A stretch of 36,865 nt of DNA from Candidatus Aminicenantes bacterium (GCA_037441785.1 JBBIRN010000001.1:1-36865), one strand, 5' to 3'; shown: positions 1 to 9,255, counted from the stretch's first letter. Notes: a model not told the origin generated them from the letters alone. Made by a program: numbers and translations.

Positions 1-411
1 TCAATATTTTTTTCCAGTTGGCTTTGATAATTTCAGCCAGCATCTTTCGCCTCTTTTTTTGAAATTATGCTCATCTTATTTCATCTTATTAAACAAGACG
101 AAGGGCAGCCAAAGAATTTCTCATGAAGCATAAATCTGGGGAAGAGATTTTTTGAAATTATTACCTTATTCCCTATTTTTTAAAAATTATTTTCTGCGTG
201 AGAAAAAAAGCGGGTTTTAGCAGTCATTCTATGTTAGGGAAAAATTGGTAAACAGGAGTTTGCTATGGCTGCGGCCAGGAAAACAGTTGTTTACTTAAAA
301 ACTGGCGATGGTGAGCTTTTTACGGGGAAATTCTTTTCCAAAATGCTGACATTAAACTTGCCTTTATGGAAAACGAAGCTCGCGAGCAGAAAATTTTCTG
401 AGGAGGTAAAA

Positions 412-654
412 ATGAGGAAAAAAGGTTTAATCAACACCATCGTCGTGCTGCTGCTTCTTTTCACCGTTTACGGCACCCTGGCCATGCCTTTAAAGGCGGC
501 AGTCGAACAAAAAGAAGAACCGAGCACCAACTGCTTTGCCCAGTTTGAAAAGTGCACGCAGAAGGTGAGGACTTCTTTTATTGGAGGCACGGTTGGCTAC
601 CTGGACTGCGAACTGGCCCTAGCCCGCTGCATCAAGAAGGCTCTTTTAGATTAA
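412..654 (+). CDS. Small secreted Cys-rich protein (signal peptide + twin C-X6-C), family not recognised
   Basis: GAGGAGG at 400-406 sits 5 nt upstream of ATG 412; the longer ORF from 265 has no such RBS. Signal-peptide-like N-terminus MRKKGLINTIVVLLLLFTVYGTLAMPLKA. The ~50-aa mature part has two C-X6-C pairs (NCFAQFEKC, DCELALARC). Confidence 0.55.
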   Translation: MRKKGLINTIVVLLLLFTVYGTLAMPLKAAVEQKEEPSTNCFAQFEKCTQKVRTSFIGGTVGYLDCELALARCIKKALLD

Positions 655-760
655 AAGAAGCCTGAGGGAAAAAGTGGAAATCGTAAGCCGGTCAGAGAAG
701 GGGGTGGAGGACACTCCCTTCTCTATCATTTTTAAAATTTTTGCTATGGAGCAAGGGAAA

Positions 761-1795
761 ATGAAAATTTTAAGAAAATTGTTTTTAGGGATGGTGATAA
801 GTTTGCTCACTGGTTTTTGGGGATTGAGGGCTGAGAATAAAGTTGTAGAAAAAGTAATCAGCGTCTCTGAAGATAAATCCTTTGTCGTGAACGTGGTCCC
901 AGGAGCCCTGCTCAGCGGGCCTTCCCGCTTGGAAACAGCTGGTGGCCGGATTTATATCCTGGATTCAGAAGAAAGCCAGGTTAAGGTTTTTGATTTTACC
1001 GGTAAGTTTGTCCGGGCTATAGGTCGAAGAGGCAAGGGCCCCGGAGAATTCAGCCGCCCGGAAGGCTTTTTTGTTAACCGAAGCAGGAAGATTATGGGAG
1101 TGGCTGATACCGGAAACCGCCGGATACAGGTGGTTAATGAAGAAGGGCAACTCCTAACTTCTGGCAAACTGACTTATCCACCCTGCGGGCTGAGCCAGAT
1201 AGATGATAAGTACTATGTAGCAAGTTTTCCCGGAAGCAGCGTAACTTTAGGCGAGGAACCTCTAATTAACGTCTATCAACCGGATTTTAAGTTTGAGAAG
1301 GGCTTTTATAAAGCTATCAAGACCGAAGACCTGATGTTGAACATGTTGATCAACACCATCCTGATTAAAGCTGACCGGGCCGGAAACCTGGTCTGTGCCC
1401 ACCAGTTTGGTTTGAATAAGATTTTAGTTTTTGACCCTCAGGGGACAATGATCAAAAATTTTGAGATTATTTACAAGGGGGAAAAGCCCGAGGTCCCGGT
1501 TCTAAAAATGAGGATTAGAAGTGACCGGGATGCGCAGAAGATGCCTTATATTCTGGCAGACATGACTTTTGATGCCCGCAATTATTATTATTTTCTGGGC
1601 GGCGAGATGGGCCAGGGCCCGGATGGAAGGACAGAGAAAGGACGGGAAATTTATAAATACGATAGCCAGGGCCGTTACCAGGGTACCATAATTTTGCCCT
1701 GTGAAGCCAGGTTGATAGCCATTGGTGATGACGGAGCTCTTTATCTGGTGGATGATAACTACGAGCTCAGGAGGTTTGTCTTCAGGGGGAAGTGA
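761..1795 (+). CDS. NHL-repeat / six-bladed beta-propeller protein, exported
   Basis: ORF 674..1795. Start placed at ATG 761, which gives a hydrophobic leader MKILRKLFLGMVISLLTGFWGL. NHL-type repeat signatures are present: GKGPGEFSRPEGFFVN and VADTGNRRIQVVNEEG. The exact start is uncertain (746 or 761). Confidence 0.8.
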   Translation: MKILRKLFLGMVISLLTGFWGLRAENKVVEKVISVSEDKSFVVNVVPGALLSGPSRLETAGGRIYILDSEESQVKVFDFTGKFVRAIGRRGKGPGEFSRPEGFFVNRSRKIMGVADTGNRRIQVVNEEGQLLTSGKLTYPPCGLSQIDDKYYVASFPGSSVTLGEEPLINVYQPDFKFEKGFYKAIKTEDLMLNMLINTILIKADRAGNLVCAHQFGLNKILVFDPQGTMIKNFEIIYKGEKPEVPVLKMRIRSDRDAQKMPYILADMTFDARNYYYFLGGEMGQGPDGRTEKGREIYKYDSQGRYQGTIILPCEARLIAIGDDGALYLVDDNYELRRFVFRGK

Positions 1796-2418
1796 TGGTG
1801 AGGAAATGGTTTGTTCCTATGTGATTTTTCCTTCTTCTTTCTATTTCATTATTCTGGGGCTGGACCGGGCGATGCGAATTAGCTGAATGCCAGAAGATAA
1901 ATCAGGAATTAATGGCCGAGATAAAAAAAGGAATTTACCAGGCGGAAGAGAAAAATTACCTGGAAGAAGGTGATAGTTTAGCTTCTCCTCTGATTCTAAG
2001 CTCACTTGACGGACAGGCGGTTTACCTGATTATAAACCGGGTTTGGTTTCTGATGTTTATCAGCACGGCCTGTCCGGCATGTCTGGAAACAGCCCAGGAT
2101 GTCTACAGGGAGCTGGCCGGGTACCAGGAAAACGGGCTGGAGATAATTTCCCTCAGTCGAGATATTGTGGAAGATTTAAACGAGCTGGTTAAATCAAAGT
2201 ACTGGTCGATTCCTGTGGTCCGGGATGCCAGCAGCCAGGCTTATCGGTTGTTCCGGGTAGGAGCCGAGCCCTACTTTGTGTTGATTGACCGGTGACGGGT
2301 TAGTTTTAAAGCTGATGCCCTCACCTTTGAAGGCCGTTGGCCTGAGCTGGACGGTTTGATTAAAAAAAGCTCTGGGCAGGTGAAAATTACCTATTTAATT
2401 ACCGAACTTTCCAGATAA
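1795..2418 (+). pseudogene. TlpA/ResA-like thioredoxin-fold thiol:disulfide oxidoreductase; frame carries two in-frame TGA codons (1822-1824 and 2293-2295); uninterrupted ORF is 1912..2295
   Basis: CPAC active site (STACPACLE) in the called ORF. In the same frame, ATG 1795 overlaps the upstream stop (TGATG) behind a GGGGGA RBS and encodes MVRKWFVPM-TGA-FFLLLSISLFWGWTGRC, a typical membrane anchor or signal. After TGA 2293 the frame continues RVSFKADALTFEGRWPELDGLIKK to TAA 2416-2418. That segment supplies the final strand and helix expected after the ...FVLIDR strand of TlpA-like folds. Confidence 0.6.
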
Positions 2419-2704
2419 AAAGCCCTGGAGCTAATTCTTGAGCGCCATTCGCCAGCGCCCGGGTGTGGGCTCTGTTTTCCTGCCATTCAGAAGAAAGTTC
2501 CGGCAAGCGCAAAAGGTTAATTAACAAGCATGTTGATTGCCAAAAAGAAGGAAAGAAGAATATATTAATAGGTGAGGCAACAAACAAAAATTTAAAAACG
2601 GGAAGATTTCTTTTAGAAAAGAAGAGTTCAAGCACTGGTGGAAGAGACAGATGGAGAAAGAGGCTGGTCATCTCGGTTAGACGCTGGAAATCAGGCTGGG
2701 GCGG

Positions 2705-3175
2705 GTGATGAAATTCATAGCTGATTGTATGGTCGGGAAACTGGCCCGCTGGCTGCGCATTCTGGGCTTTGATGTAGCTTATTTTCCAAGAATTGAGGAT
2801 GATGAATTAATTAACCTGGCAGCCAGTGAAAAACGTATCATTTTGACTCGGGACCATGAACTCATAGCCAAAGCCAAAAAGAGGAAGTCTCTGTCCGGCA
2901 GAGTATTGCTGATAGAGAGCGAAAAGTGGGAAGAACAGGTAGAACAGGTGCTGGAACATTTTAAGCTGCGCCCGAAAATTGACCCCAACTCACGCTGTCT
3001 GGAATGCAACGAGAAACTGAAATTTTTGCCAAAAACGCGGGCAAAAAACCTGGTCCCTCCTTTTGTTTATGAAAAAGCAGAAGCCTTTGCTCTGTGCCCG
3101 AAATGTGGCCGCGTTTTCTGGAAGGGCACCCATTTCCGTGACATGGAAAAAAAGATTTCTCGCTTCCAAAAATAA
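2705..3175 (+). CDS. Mut7-C (DUF82) PIN-like RNase domain protein with C-terminal zinc ribbon
   Basis: N-terminus MKFIADCMVGKLARWLRILGFDV is the characteristic Mut7-C opening motif. C-terminal CLECN...CPKCG forms a zinc ribbon. Start is GTG 2705 or ATG 2708. Confidence 0.8.
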   Translation: MMKFIADCMVGKLARWLRILGFDVAYFPRIEDDELINLAASEKRIILTRDHELIAKAKKRKSLSGRVLLIESEKWEEQVEQVLEHFKLRPKIDPNSRCLECNEKLKFLPKTRAKNLVPPFVYEKAEAFALCPKCGRVFWKGTHFRDMEKKISRFQK

Positions 3176-3359
3176 ATTTCTTCTGGTGCGTTTAGCCTGG
3201 TAGACAAAAAGTTTAGTTCCAAAAAGATAATTAATTAGGCTAAACAACTGGGCAAAAATTTATTGATTTCTGAGTAAATGATGTAATAAACTGGGAACAG
3301 TCGGTTTGGAAATTTAAAGATTTTCTCACCGGGCATTTAATTTCCTAAGAGGAGGAATT

Positions 3360-4718
3360 ATGAAAAGGTTAGGAGCGGGGCTTTTGCTCATTCTTTTTGC
3401 TCTAAGCCCAGCAGTTTGGGCTCAGTTGGTTAATCCGGCTCAGAAAAAGGCTGACCAGGTTAAAAAGCTGGAAATAATTGAGCCGACCAGCATTAAACTC
3501 AACCGGACGGAAGTTTATGTCTTTTACAATCGGGGGTTAGTCACAGCTTCCAAGGAAGGCTATAAGCTGGTTGCAACTATACTTCCAGAGAATGCCACTA
3601 ATAAGAATGTTATCTGGGAATCAAGCGACCCAACAGTGGTGGAAGTGAGCAAAGATGGTTATCTGACACCAAATAAACTTGGTTCAGCCGTGATTACAGC
3701 TACGGCTCAGGCCAATGGTATTAAGGCTCAATGCCGGGTCTATGTGCAGCGCCGGAACCATCCTTTTGGCAATACCGTAAGCAATCTGAATAACTTGGGT
3801 TATCTGGCTGTTCAGAATGACTGGATATATTTTGCCAATCCTTCATTCGGCATGGGACTTTACAAAATGAAGCTGGATGGTAGTGAGAAACAAATGGTAT
3901 TGAAAAATACCATTTATCATACTGGCTGTATAAATGTTATTGGTAACCAGATTTATTATCTGGCCAGTGGGTCGTGGGTTCATAAAGTTGATATTTATGG
4001 AGAAAATTTAAAAGTGTTAAATCCAGCTCTTGCAGCCATACATATCTTAGCTGTCCCGGGCAGAGTTTTCCATCTTTCTGAGCGGCCGAACACAGGATAT
4101 GGTGTTTACTATGTTGATACTGAAGGAATGAATAGAAATGTACTTGATTGGGAATTCCCCCAGAGCATATGGAGGATTGCTGGAATTGATGATTGGTTTG
4201 TTTTTGCGGATGGAAGAGGAGACATTTATTACATACGCAAGATAAATAATACGCAGTGGTCTGAACCTGATAAGATATCTGGAGAAGGTCAATGGAATTT
4301 TGTGCTTGAGACATTCTCTGTTGGTGACTATGTAGATGCAGCTGTTAGTCCGGCGTTTGTTTATGTGATTGACTATAAGATGAATTCCATTAAAAAAATC
4401 GGGCCTGTAGGCGATAAAAAGAAGAGGAAAACTGAAGTACTATTTAGAAGCCAGGGGCAGGAGCCTATTAAAGGATTGGCTGAGTCTGAAGATTGGTTGT
4501 TCTATTCTACTGAAGGTGTTTTAAGTAAGATAAAGAAAGACGGGACGCAAAACCAGATAATAGATAACCGCTTGCCGGCCGGGCAACATTTTCTTTTTCC
4601 GGTCAGGACGGGCAATAATCCCAATGACCTGTGGATTTATGTTTATACTCTTGACGCCAACAAAAAATTCAGCCTGTTCAAGATTCGGCACGACGGGATG
4701 GGCAAAACCAACATCTAA
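3360..4718 (+). CDS. Secreted protein with Big_2 Ig-like domain and DUF5050-like beta-propeller
   Basis: Strong RBS AAGAGGAGG before ATG 3360. Signal peptide LLLILFALSPAVWAQ. Big_2-like block VIWESSDPTVVEVSKDGYLTPNKLGSAVITATA. Repeated WIYFAN/GLYKMKLDGSEKQ-type blades resemble DUF5050. Confidence 0.75.
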   Translation: MKRLGAGLLLILFALSPAVWAQLVNPAQKKADQVKKLEIIEPTSIKLNRTEVYVFYNRGLVTASKEGYKLVATILPENATNKNVIWESSDPTVVEVSKDGYLTPNKLGSAVITATAQANGIKAQCRVYVQRRNHPFGNTVSNLNNLGYLAVQNDWIYFANPSFGMGLYKMKLDGSEKQMVLKNTIYHTGCINVIGNQIYYLASGSWVHKVDIYGENLKVLNPALAAIHILAVPGRVFHLSERPNTGYGVYYVDTEGMNRNVLDWEFPQSIWRIAGIDDWFVFADGRGDIYYIRKINNTQWSEPDKISGEGQWNFVLETFSVGDYVDAAVSPAFVYVIDYKMNSIKKIGPVGDKKKRKTEVLFRSQGQEPIKGLAESEDWLFYSTEGVLSKIKKDGTQNQIIDNRLPAGQHFLFPVRTGNNPNDLWIYVYTLDANKKFSLFKIRHDGMGKTNI

Positions 4719-4760
4719 AAAAATGGGAACACTTTCTATATTTCCTATTTTTTTTTCTGG
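4719..4760 (+). repeat. Solo 'unit A' arm of the GGGGAC repeat family (no core attached)
   Basis: AAAAATGGGAACACTTTCTATATTTCCTATTTTTTTTTCTGG starts at the base after TAA 4716-4718. It aligns with the first ~40 nt of the elements at 14792, 22226 and 26771. Confidence 0.6.
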
Positions 4761-5248
4761 AAAACTTAGAACCTGATAATTGTTGGCCAAGGATGTTTGC
4801 CAAGTATTTGTAAATAATTTGAAGGGTATGAACAGCAGCCAGCCGGCCAAATTTTTTCTAATTTAGTATTGCTTTATTTCCATATATTTATTTGGTTTGG
4901 CTTTTGCCCTTGAATTACTCATCCCGCTGCTAAACCAACTTGCAGCCAGTCAGAATGATTCTGCCAAAATAATTCTGGACCTTTAGACGAAGGCCCAGAA
5001 GTCTCAGGGCCTTAGCGGTCCATTATCTTGAGCTTCAAGATGCTATGATAAAAGTAATCAGGTGGAGTTTTCCCTTAAAAGTAAAATTTAGCAATTAGGG
5101 GAATAAAAAATGATTTTATGGCCAGCTGGTTTAAATGTTTTCCCTGTGCCCTAAATTGATCTGCCAAGACAGCCGTCGCCTTTCTCGTTGACCTGGCAAA
5201 CCAGATTGAGTTATCTTTGGTAGGCACTGAATAATTGGGGAGGGCACA

Positions 5249-7981
5249 ATGAAAGTTAAATTTTTAGCCCGGATAAAGAGAGCCGGGACCTGGCCTCTTT
5301 TTCTAATTTTCCTCCTTATTCTTGAGATGTTTTTAAATGGCCAGGCTTGGGCTTCAAGCCCAGAGAGAAAGGCGACTATTTTCAAATATAGCCAGCAGCA
5401 AGAAATAAAAATTCCTTATTCTGACGAAGAACTTTTCACTTTTGGGCGCCCATCGGTCTACAGCGGTGAACAACTGCGAGAGATAGCTTTTCCCCTCGGC
5501 GGTATCGGCACCGGAACCATCTCGCTCGGCGGCCGTGGTAATCTTCGCGACTGGGAAATTTTTAACCGCCCGGGCAAGGGCATTAATTTTCCTTTCACTT
5601 TCTTTGGCATCTATGTTGAGGCCGGCGGGAAAAAATTCAGCCGGGTTCTGGAAAGCCAGCTCTTTCCACCTTACACCGGCGGCCACGGCTACCGCCGCGA
5701 GGAAGTTCCGGGTCTGCCGCGCTTTCGTCAGGCCGTTTTCCGCGGCGAATACCCCATGGCTGAAGTGGAGCTAACTGACCCGGAGCTACCGGTTAAAGTT
5801 ACCCTGGAAGCTTTTAACCCCTTTATCCCCGGCGAGGCTGAAAACTCCGGCTTGCCTGCGGCGGTGCTTAAGTACCGCATAAAAAACCTGACTGACCATG
5901 AGCTCAAAATAACTCTGGCCGGCTCCGTAGCCAACCCCATCGGTTTTGACGGTCAGGGTGAGTTTAATTCGCTGTTCAACGCCGCTTTTGGCCAGAACCT
6001 AAACCGGCTGGTCAAAGGGCCGGTTTCCGGGCTCTATTTTCTTTCCAAAAAAGTTCAGCCCGACTCTCCGGCCTACGGCACTCTGGCTCTGGCCACCACC
6101 TGGCCAGATCTCACCTACATTACTCACTGGGTCAGGGGCGAATGGTGGGACGACCTGCAGATTTTCTGGGATGATTTTTCCGCTGATGGTCAGCTCCGTG
6201 ACCTGGCTGAGGAAGACCCTTCCCCTGATGGCCGAACCGATGTTGGAACGCTTGGACTCAAAGCTGTCGTCCCGGCCGGGGGCGAAGTGGTTTTACCTTT
6301 CGTCATAAGCTGGCATTTTCCTAATTTCCTTGATTATTTTGATGTGGTCAGCGAGCAGCGCGGCCGGGTTTATCATCCCCACTACACCGCTCGCTTCAAA
6401 GATGCCTGGGAAGTGGCTGAATATCTTTTTCAGAACCTTGAGACGCTTGAAAGCAAAACCCGCCATTTCCGCGAAACTTTCTTTTCCTCCAGCCTACCAA
6501 CCTATGTTCTGGATGCAGTTTCCAGCCAGGCTTCTATCATCCGTACCCCAACCTGCCTCTGGCTTGACGACGGCCGCTTCTTTGCCTTTGAGGGCTGCAG
6601 CGACCGCTCCGGTTGCTGCCCGCTCAACTGCGCCCACGTCTGGAACTATGCTCAGAGCCTGGCCTTTCTTTTCCCCGAGCTGGAGCGTTCCATGCGCGAG
6701 ACTGATTTTCTGGTAAACGTCAAACCTGATGGCTCCATGGTCTTCAGGACCAGCCTTCCGCTTGGCGAAAAATACTGGAACTTCAAACCGGCGGCTGACG
6801 GCCAGCTCGGCCGCCTAATAAATCTTTACCGCGACTGGCAGATAAGCGGCGACCTTGCCTTCCTCAAAAAGCTCTGGCCCCAGGCTAAGAAAGCCCTGGA
6901 GTATGCCTGGGTCGCCTGGGATAAAGATCGTGACGGACTCCTTGAAGGTGAGCAGCACAACACCTACGATATTGAATTTTACGGCCCCAATTCTATGCTC
7001 AGCGGCTTTTATCTAGGGGCACTGGAAGCCGGAGCCCGAATGGCTGAAGCCGTGGGGGATAAGAAGGCAGCAGCTCAATACCGCGAAATTTTCCGGCGCG
7101 GCCAGAAAAATTATGAAAGCCAGCTCTGGAACGGTGAGTTTTTCATCCAGAAATATGACCAGGCTCTGCAGAAAAAATACCAGTACGGTGAAGGTTGCCT
7201 TTCTGACCAGCTCCTCGGCCAGTGGCTGGGAATGGTCGCCGGCCTCGGCCGTTTCCTGGATGAAGCTAAAATCAAAAAAGCTCTGGAATCAATCTACCGC
7301 TACAACTTCCGGGAAAACTTTTATGATTTTGCCAACGTCCAGCGCACCTACGCCCTGGCTGACGAAAAAGGACTTTTGCTTTGCAACTGGCCTCGCGGCG
7401 GCCGTCCGCCGCTTCCTTTCCCGTACTCAGATGAAGTCTGGACCGGCCTGGAGTACCATGTGGCCAGCCATCTGATTTATGAAGGAATGGTCAAAGAAGG
7501 TCTGACCCTGGTGAAAGCTGCCCGCCAGCGCTACGACGGCCGGCGCCGCAACCCCTGGGATGAAGTGGAATGCGGTCATCATTACGCCCGGGCTATGTCC
7601 TCCTGGGGCCTGCTTCTGGCCCTGTCCGGGTTCAACTACTCAGTGCCTGAGGGGCGGCTCGGATTTGCTCCGGCTCTTCGTCCGGAAGATTTTCGTACCT
7701 TCTGGTCTCTGGGCTCCACCTGGGGCTTCTATGAACAAAAGGCAGGGGCAGAAAACACTTTTAGCTGTATGCTTAAAGTTGAAAACGGCCCGTTTGAGCT
7801 GCGCGAATTCACCTTTGAGCTTCCGTCCCTTTTGGCCGGGAAGAAGATCAGGTCCATTGAGTGCCTGGCCAATGGTGGGAAAATAAAGTCGTCTTTTGAA
7901 CAGGCTGGCTCCAGAATTAAGATTAAGTTGCCGCGGACCAACCTTCAGGCCGGCAGCTCTTTGACGATTAGGGTGCATTAA
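5249..7981 (+). CDS. GH116-family beta-glucosidase / glucosylceramidase (GBA2-like), with signal peptide
   Basis: GGAGGG RBS. The N-terminal domain motif FPLGGIGTGTISLGGRGNLRDWEIFNRP is typical of the GBA2 N-domain. It is followed by a long DUF608-type (alpha/alpha)6 catalytic region; total length 910 aa. Confidence 0.85.
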   Translation: MKVKFLARIKRAGTWPLFLIFLLILEMFLNGQAWASSPERKATIFKYSQQQEIKIPYSDEELFTFGRPSVYSGEQLREIAFPLGGIGTGTISLGGRGNLRDWEIFNRPGKGINFPFTFFGIYVEAGGKKFSRVLESQLFPPYTGGHGYRREEVPGLPRFRQAVFRGEYPMAEVELTDPELPVKVTLEAFNPFIPGEAENSGLPAAVLKYRIKNLTDHELKITLAGSVANPIGFDGQGEFNSLFNAAFGQNLNRLVKGPVSGLYFLSKKVQPDSPAYGTLALATTWPDLTYITHWVRGEWWDDLQIFWDDFSADGQLRDLAEEDPSPDGRTDVGTLGLKAVVPAGGEVVLPFVISWHFPNFLDYFDVVSEQRGRVYHPHYTARFKDAWEVAEYLFQNLETLESKTRHFRETFFSSSLPTYVLDAVSSQASIIRTPTCLWLDDGRFFAFEGCSDRSGCCPLNCAHVWNYAQSLAFLFPELERSMRETDFLVNVKPDGSMVFRTSLPLGEKYWNFKPAADGQLGRLINLYRDWQISGDLAFLKKLWPQAKKALEYAWVAWDKDRDGLLEGEQHNTYDIEFYGPNSMLSGFYLGALEAGARMAEAVGDKKAAAQYREIFRRGQKNYESQLWNGEFFIQKYDQALQKKYQYGEGCLSDQLLGQWLGMVAGLGRFLDEAKIKKALESIYRYNFRENFYDFANVQRTYALADEKGLLLCNWPRGGRPPLPFPYSDEVWTGLEYHVASHLIYEGMVKEGLTLVKAARQRYDGRRRNPWDEVECGHHYARAMSSWGLLLALSGFNYSVPEGRLGFAPALRPEDFRTFWSLGSTWGFYEQKAGAENTFSCMLKVENGPFELREFTFELPSLLAGKKIRSIECLANGGKIKSSFEQAGSRIKIKLPRTNLQAGSSLTIRVH

Positions 7982-8045
7982 GGTAGCCGCTGCGGGTCCC
8001 GGGCTCTCTCACAGGTTCAGCTTTTAAAAATTTTAAACGCCCGGC

Positions 8046-8504
8046 TTATTTTAAACTTTCCAGCAACTGCTCAAGCCGTTCTACGTGCTTTTCGTCTTCT
8101 CCGGCCAGCACCCGGAAAAGCTTTTTTAGACTTTCATCCTGGATTTCTATCAGAGTGTTAAGATGAATTTTCTCAAACTCTCTTTTCAGCTCCCTTAATT
8201 CTTCCAGCATTTGAGGGAGGAGCAGCTTTCTGTTCTCTATTTTAGCCAGCAGCTCCTGAGCTTTTTTTAAGCCCAGAAGCATTTCTTCCTCAGAGATGGC
8301 TGGCTGGCCAAAAACTTCCGGCGCTTTGGTCAGATAATTTCGTCCCGTTCTTAGCAGGTTGACGTGTTGCTGTTCTTCCTCAGCCAGGCGAGCTAACTCC
8401 TTGCCGATGTTTTCTTCAGGCGAAAGGTTAGCCGCCAGACGGTAGATTTCACCAATGAGGTTTTCCAGCTCAATGGCCAGGGTAACAATTTTGGCTAAGC
8501 TCAT
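8046..8504 (-). CDS. Ferritin-like / rubrerythrin-like di-iron four-helix-bundle protein
   Basis: All-helical 152-aa protein with paired E...ExxH-type motifs (LAEEEQQHV, GEDEKHVE). The assignment is family-level only. Confidence 0.6.
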   Translation of the reverse strand: MSLAKIVTLAIELENLIGEIYRLAANLSPEENIGKELARLAEEEQQHVNLLRTGRNYLTKAPEVFGQPAISEEEMLLGLKKAQELLAKIENRKLLLPQMLEELRELKREFEKIHLNTLIEIQDESLKKLFRVLAGEDEKHVERLEQLLESLK

Positions 8505-8589
8505 CTTCTCTCTTTCAGCTCGTTTTCAAGCCAGGTTTTTTAGAATTAAAAGATAAACTAATTCAGCTTCTAAATCAATAATCTCAGGC

Positions 8590-8617
8590 TTGACAACAAG
8601 TATTTTTGTTTTATAAT
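8590..8617 (+). promoter_or_regulatory. sigma70-type promoter for the TetR/MMPL operon (TTGACA-16-TATAAT)
   Basis: TTGACA at 8590-8595, a 16-nt spacer and TATAAT at 8612-8617, about 33 nt upstream of the tetR-like start. Confidence 0.6.
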
Positions 8618-8620
8618 GTG

Positions 8621-8634
8621 AGTGAATATTCACT
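8621..8634. promoter_or_regulatory. Perfect 14-bp palindrome AGTGAATATTCACT, candidate TetR operator
   Basis: Lies immediately downstream of the -10 hexamer, the usual position of an autoregulatory TetR operator. Confidence 0.55.
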
Positions 8635-8649
8635 AACAGGATAAGGGTC

Positions 8650-9255
8650 ATGAAAAAATCCGTCTTTTTCCAGGCTCCGGACAGTCGCAAAGGAGATATC
8701 ATTACTTCCGCCCTGCGCATCATTGACCAGAATGGCATCAAAGCTCTGACCATCTCCCGTCTGGCTAAAGAAGTGGGTTTTGTAGAATCAGCTCTTTACC
8801 GGCATTTTAAATCCAAAAAAGACCTGATTCTGTTTATCATTGATAACATTCTCCAGGAAGCCAGGAGTCATTTTAGAGAAGTGGAGGAAGCCGGCCAGGA
8901 AGCAGTTGAAGCCCTGCGCAGCCTACTTTACCTCCATCTTAATTTCCTGGAAGAGTACCCAGGTATTTTCAAGATAGTTTATTCTGACGAAATTCACCTC
9001 GGGGATCAAGAATTACAGGATAAGATTAACAGTCTGATTTCGGAAATAATTATTTTTATAAAAAAGGTTATCCAGAAGGGCCGGGCCGAGAAGAAGTTAA
9101 AAACTGACCTGGACGTGACCGTGGCGGCCATGCATTTTCTTGGCCTGGTTTACACTGCTTTTTCTTACTGGACCATAAAGAAAAGGAAGGTGTCGTTGAA
9201 GAAAATCTCCCAGGCTCTCTTTGAGCAGTACTTGATGGGTGTTAAAGCTCAGTAG
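8650..9255 (+). CDS. TetR/AcrR-family transcriptional regulator
   Basis: N-terminal HTH ALTISRLAKEVGFVESALYRHFKSKKDL; about 200 aa and all-helical. Confidence 0.85.
   Translation: MKKSVFFQAPDSRKGDIITSALRIIDQNGIKALTISRLAKEVGFVESALYRHFKSKKDLILFIIDNILQEARSHFREVEEAGQEAVEALRSLLYLHLNFLEEYPGIFKIVYSDEIHLGDQELQDKINSLISEIIIFIKKVIQKGRAEKKLKTDLDVTVAAMHFLGLVYTAFSYWTIKKRKVSLKKISQALFEQYLMGVKAQ

Noticed and set aside
1-43. Possible start of a minus-strand gene running off the left edge (AAAGAGG RBS, then ATGCTGGCTGAAATTATCAAAGCC...)
   Set aside because: Only 14 codons are visible, which is too little to support a call.
71-90. Perfect 10-bp tandem duplication TCATCTTATT x2
   Set aside because: It is a single short duplication in an AT-rich leader with no further copies or associated feature.
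1822-1824. Selenocysteine at the TGA codons of the TlpA-like gene
   Set aside because: Neither TGA is at the redox motif, which is an intact CPAC. One lies in a hydrophobic signal or anchor and the other in a beta-turn. I saw no convincing SECIS-like hairpin immediately downstream; the only one is a 5-bp AGGCC/GGCCT stem about 40 nt away.
1822-2295. Global reassignment of TGA (code 4/25) or TAA to explain the in-frame stops
   Set aside because: Many well-supported genes in the window terminate at TGA (for example 1793, 16693, 28543, 31351, 34432) or at TAA. Reading through those stops gives nonsense or overlaps the next gene, so any recoding would have to be local.
2419-2704. 285-bp purine-rich gap upstream of the Mut7-C gene with two ~80-90-aa ORFs on opposite strands
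   Set aside because: Both translations are low-complexity (K/R/E-rich or F/L-rich) and neither has an RBS. I found no convincing structure or promoter, so the gap is left unannotated.
5354-7978. Numerous 70-130-aa ORFs on both strands within the GH116 gene; the same occurs within the MMPL, GH106, kinase/regulator and CstA genes
   Set aside because: These are shadow ORFs typical of GC-rich coding sequence. Their translations are low-complexity (Ala/Arg/Pro/Ser-rich), they lack an RBS, and they fully overlap strongly supported genes.
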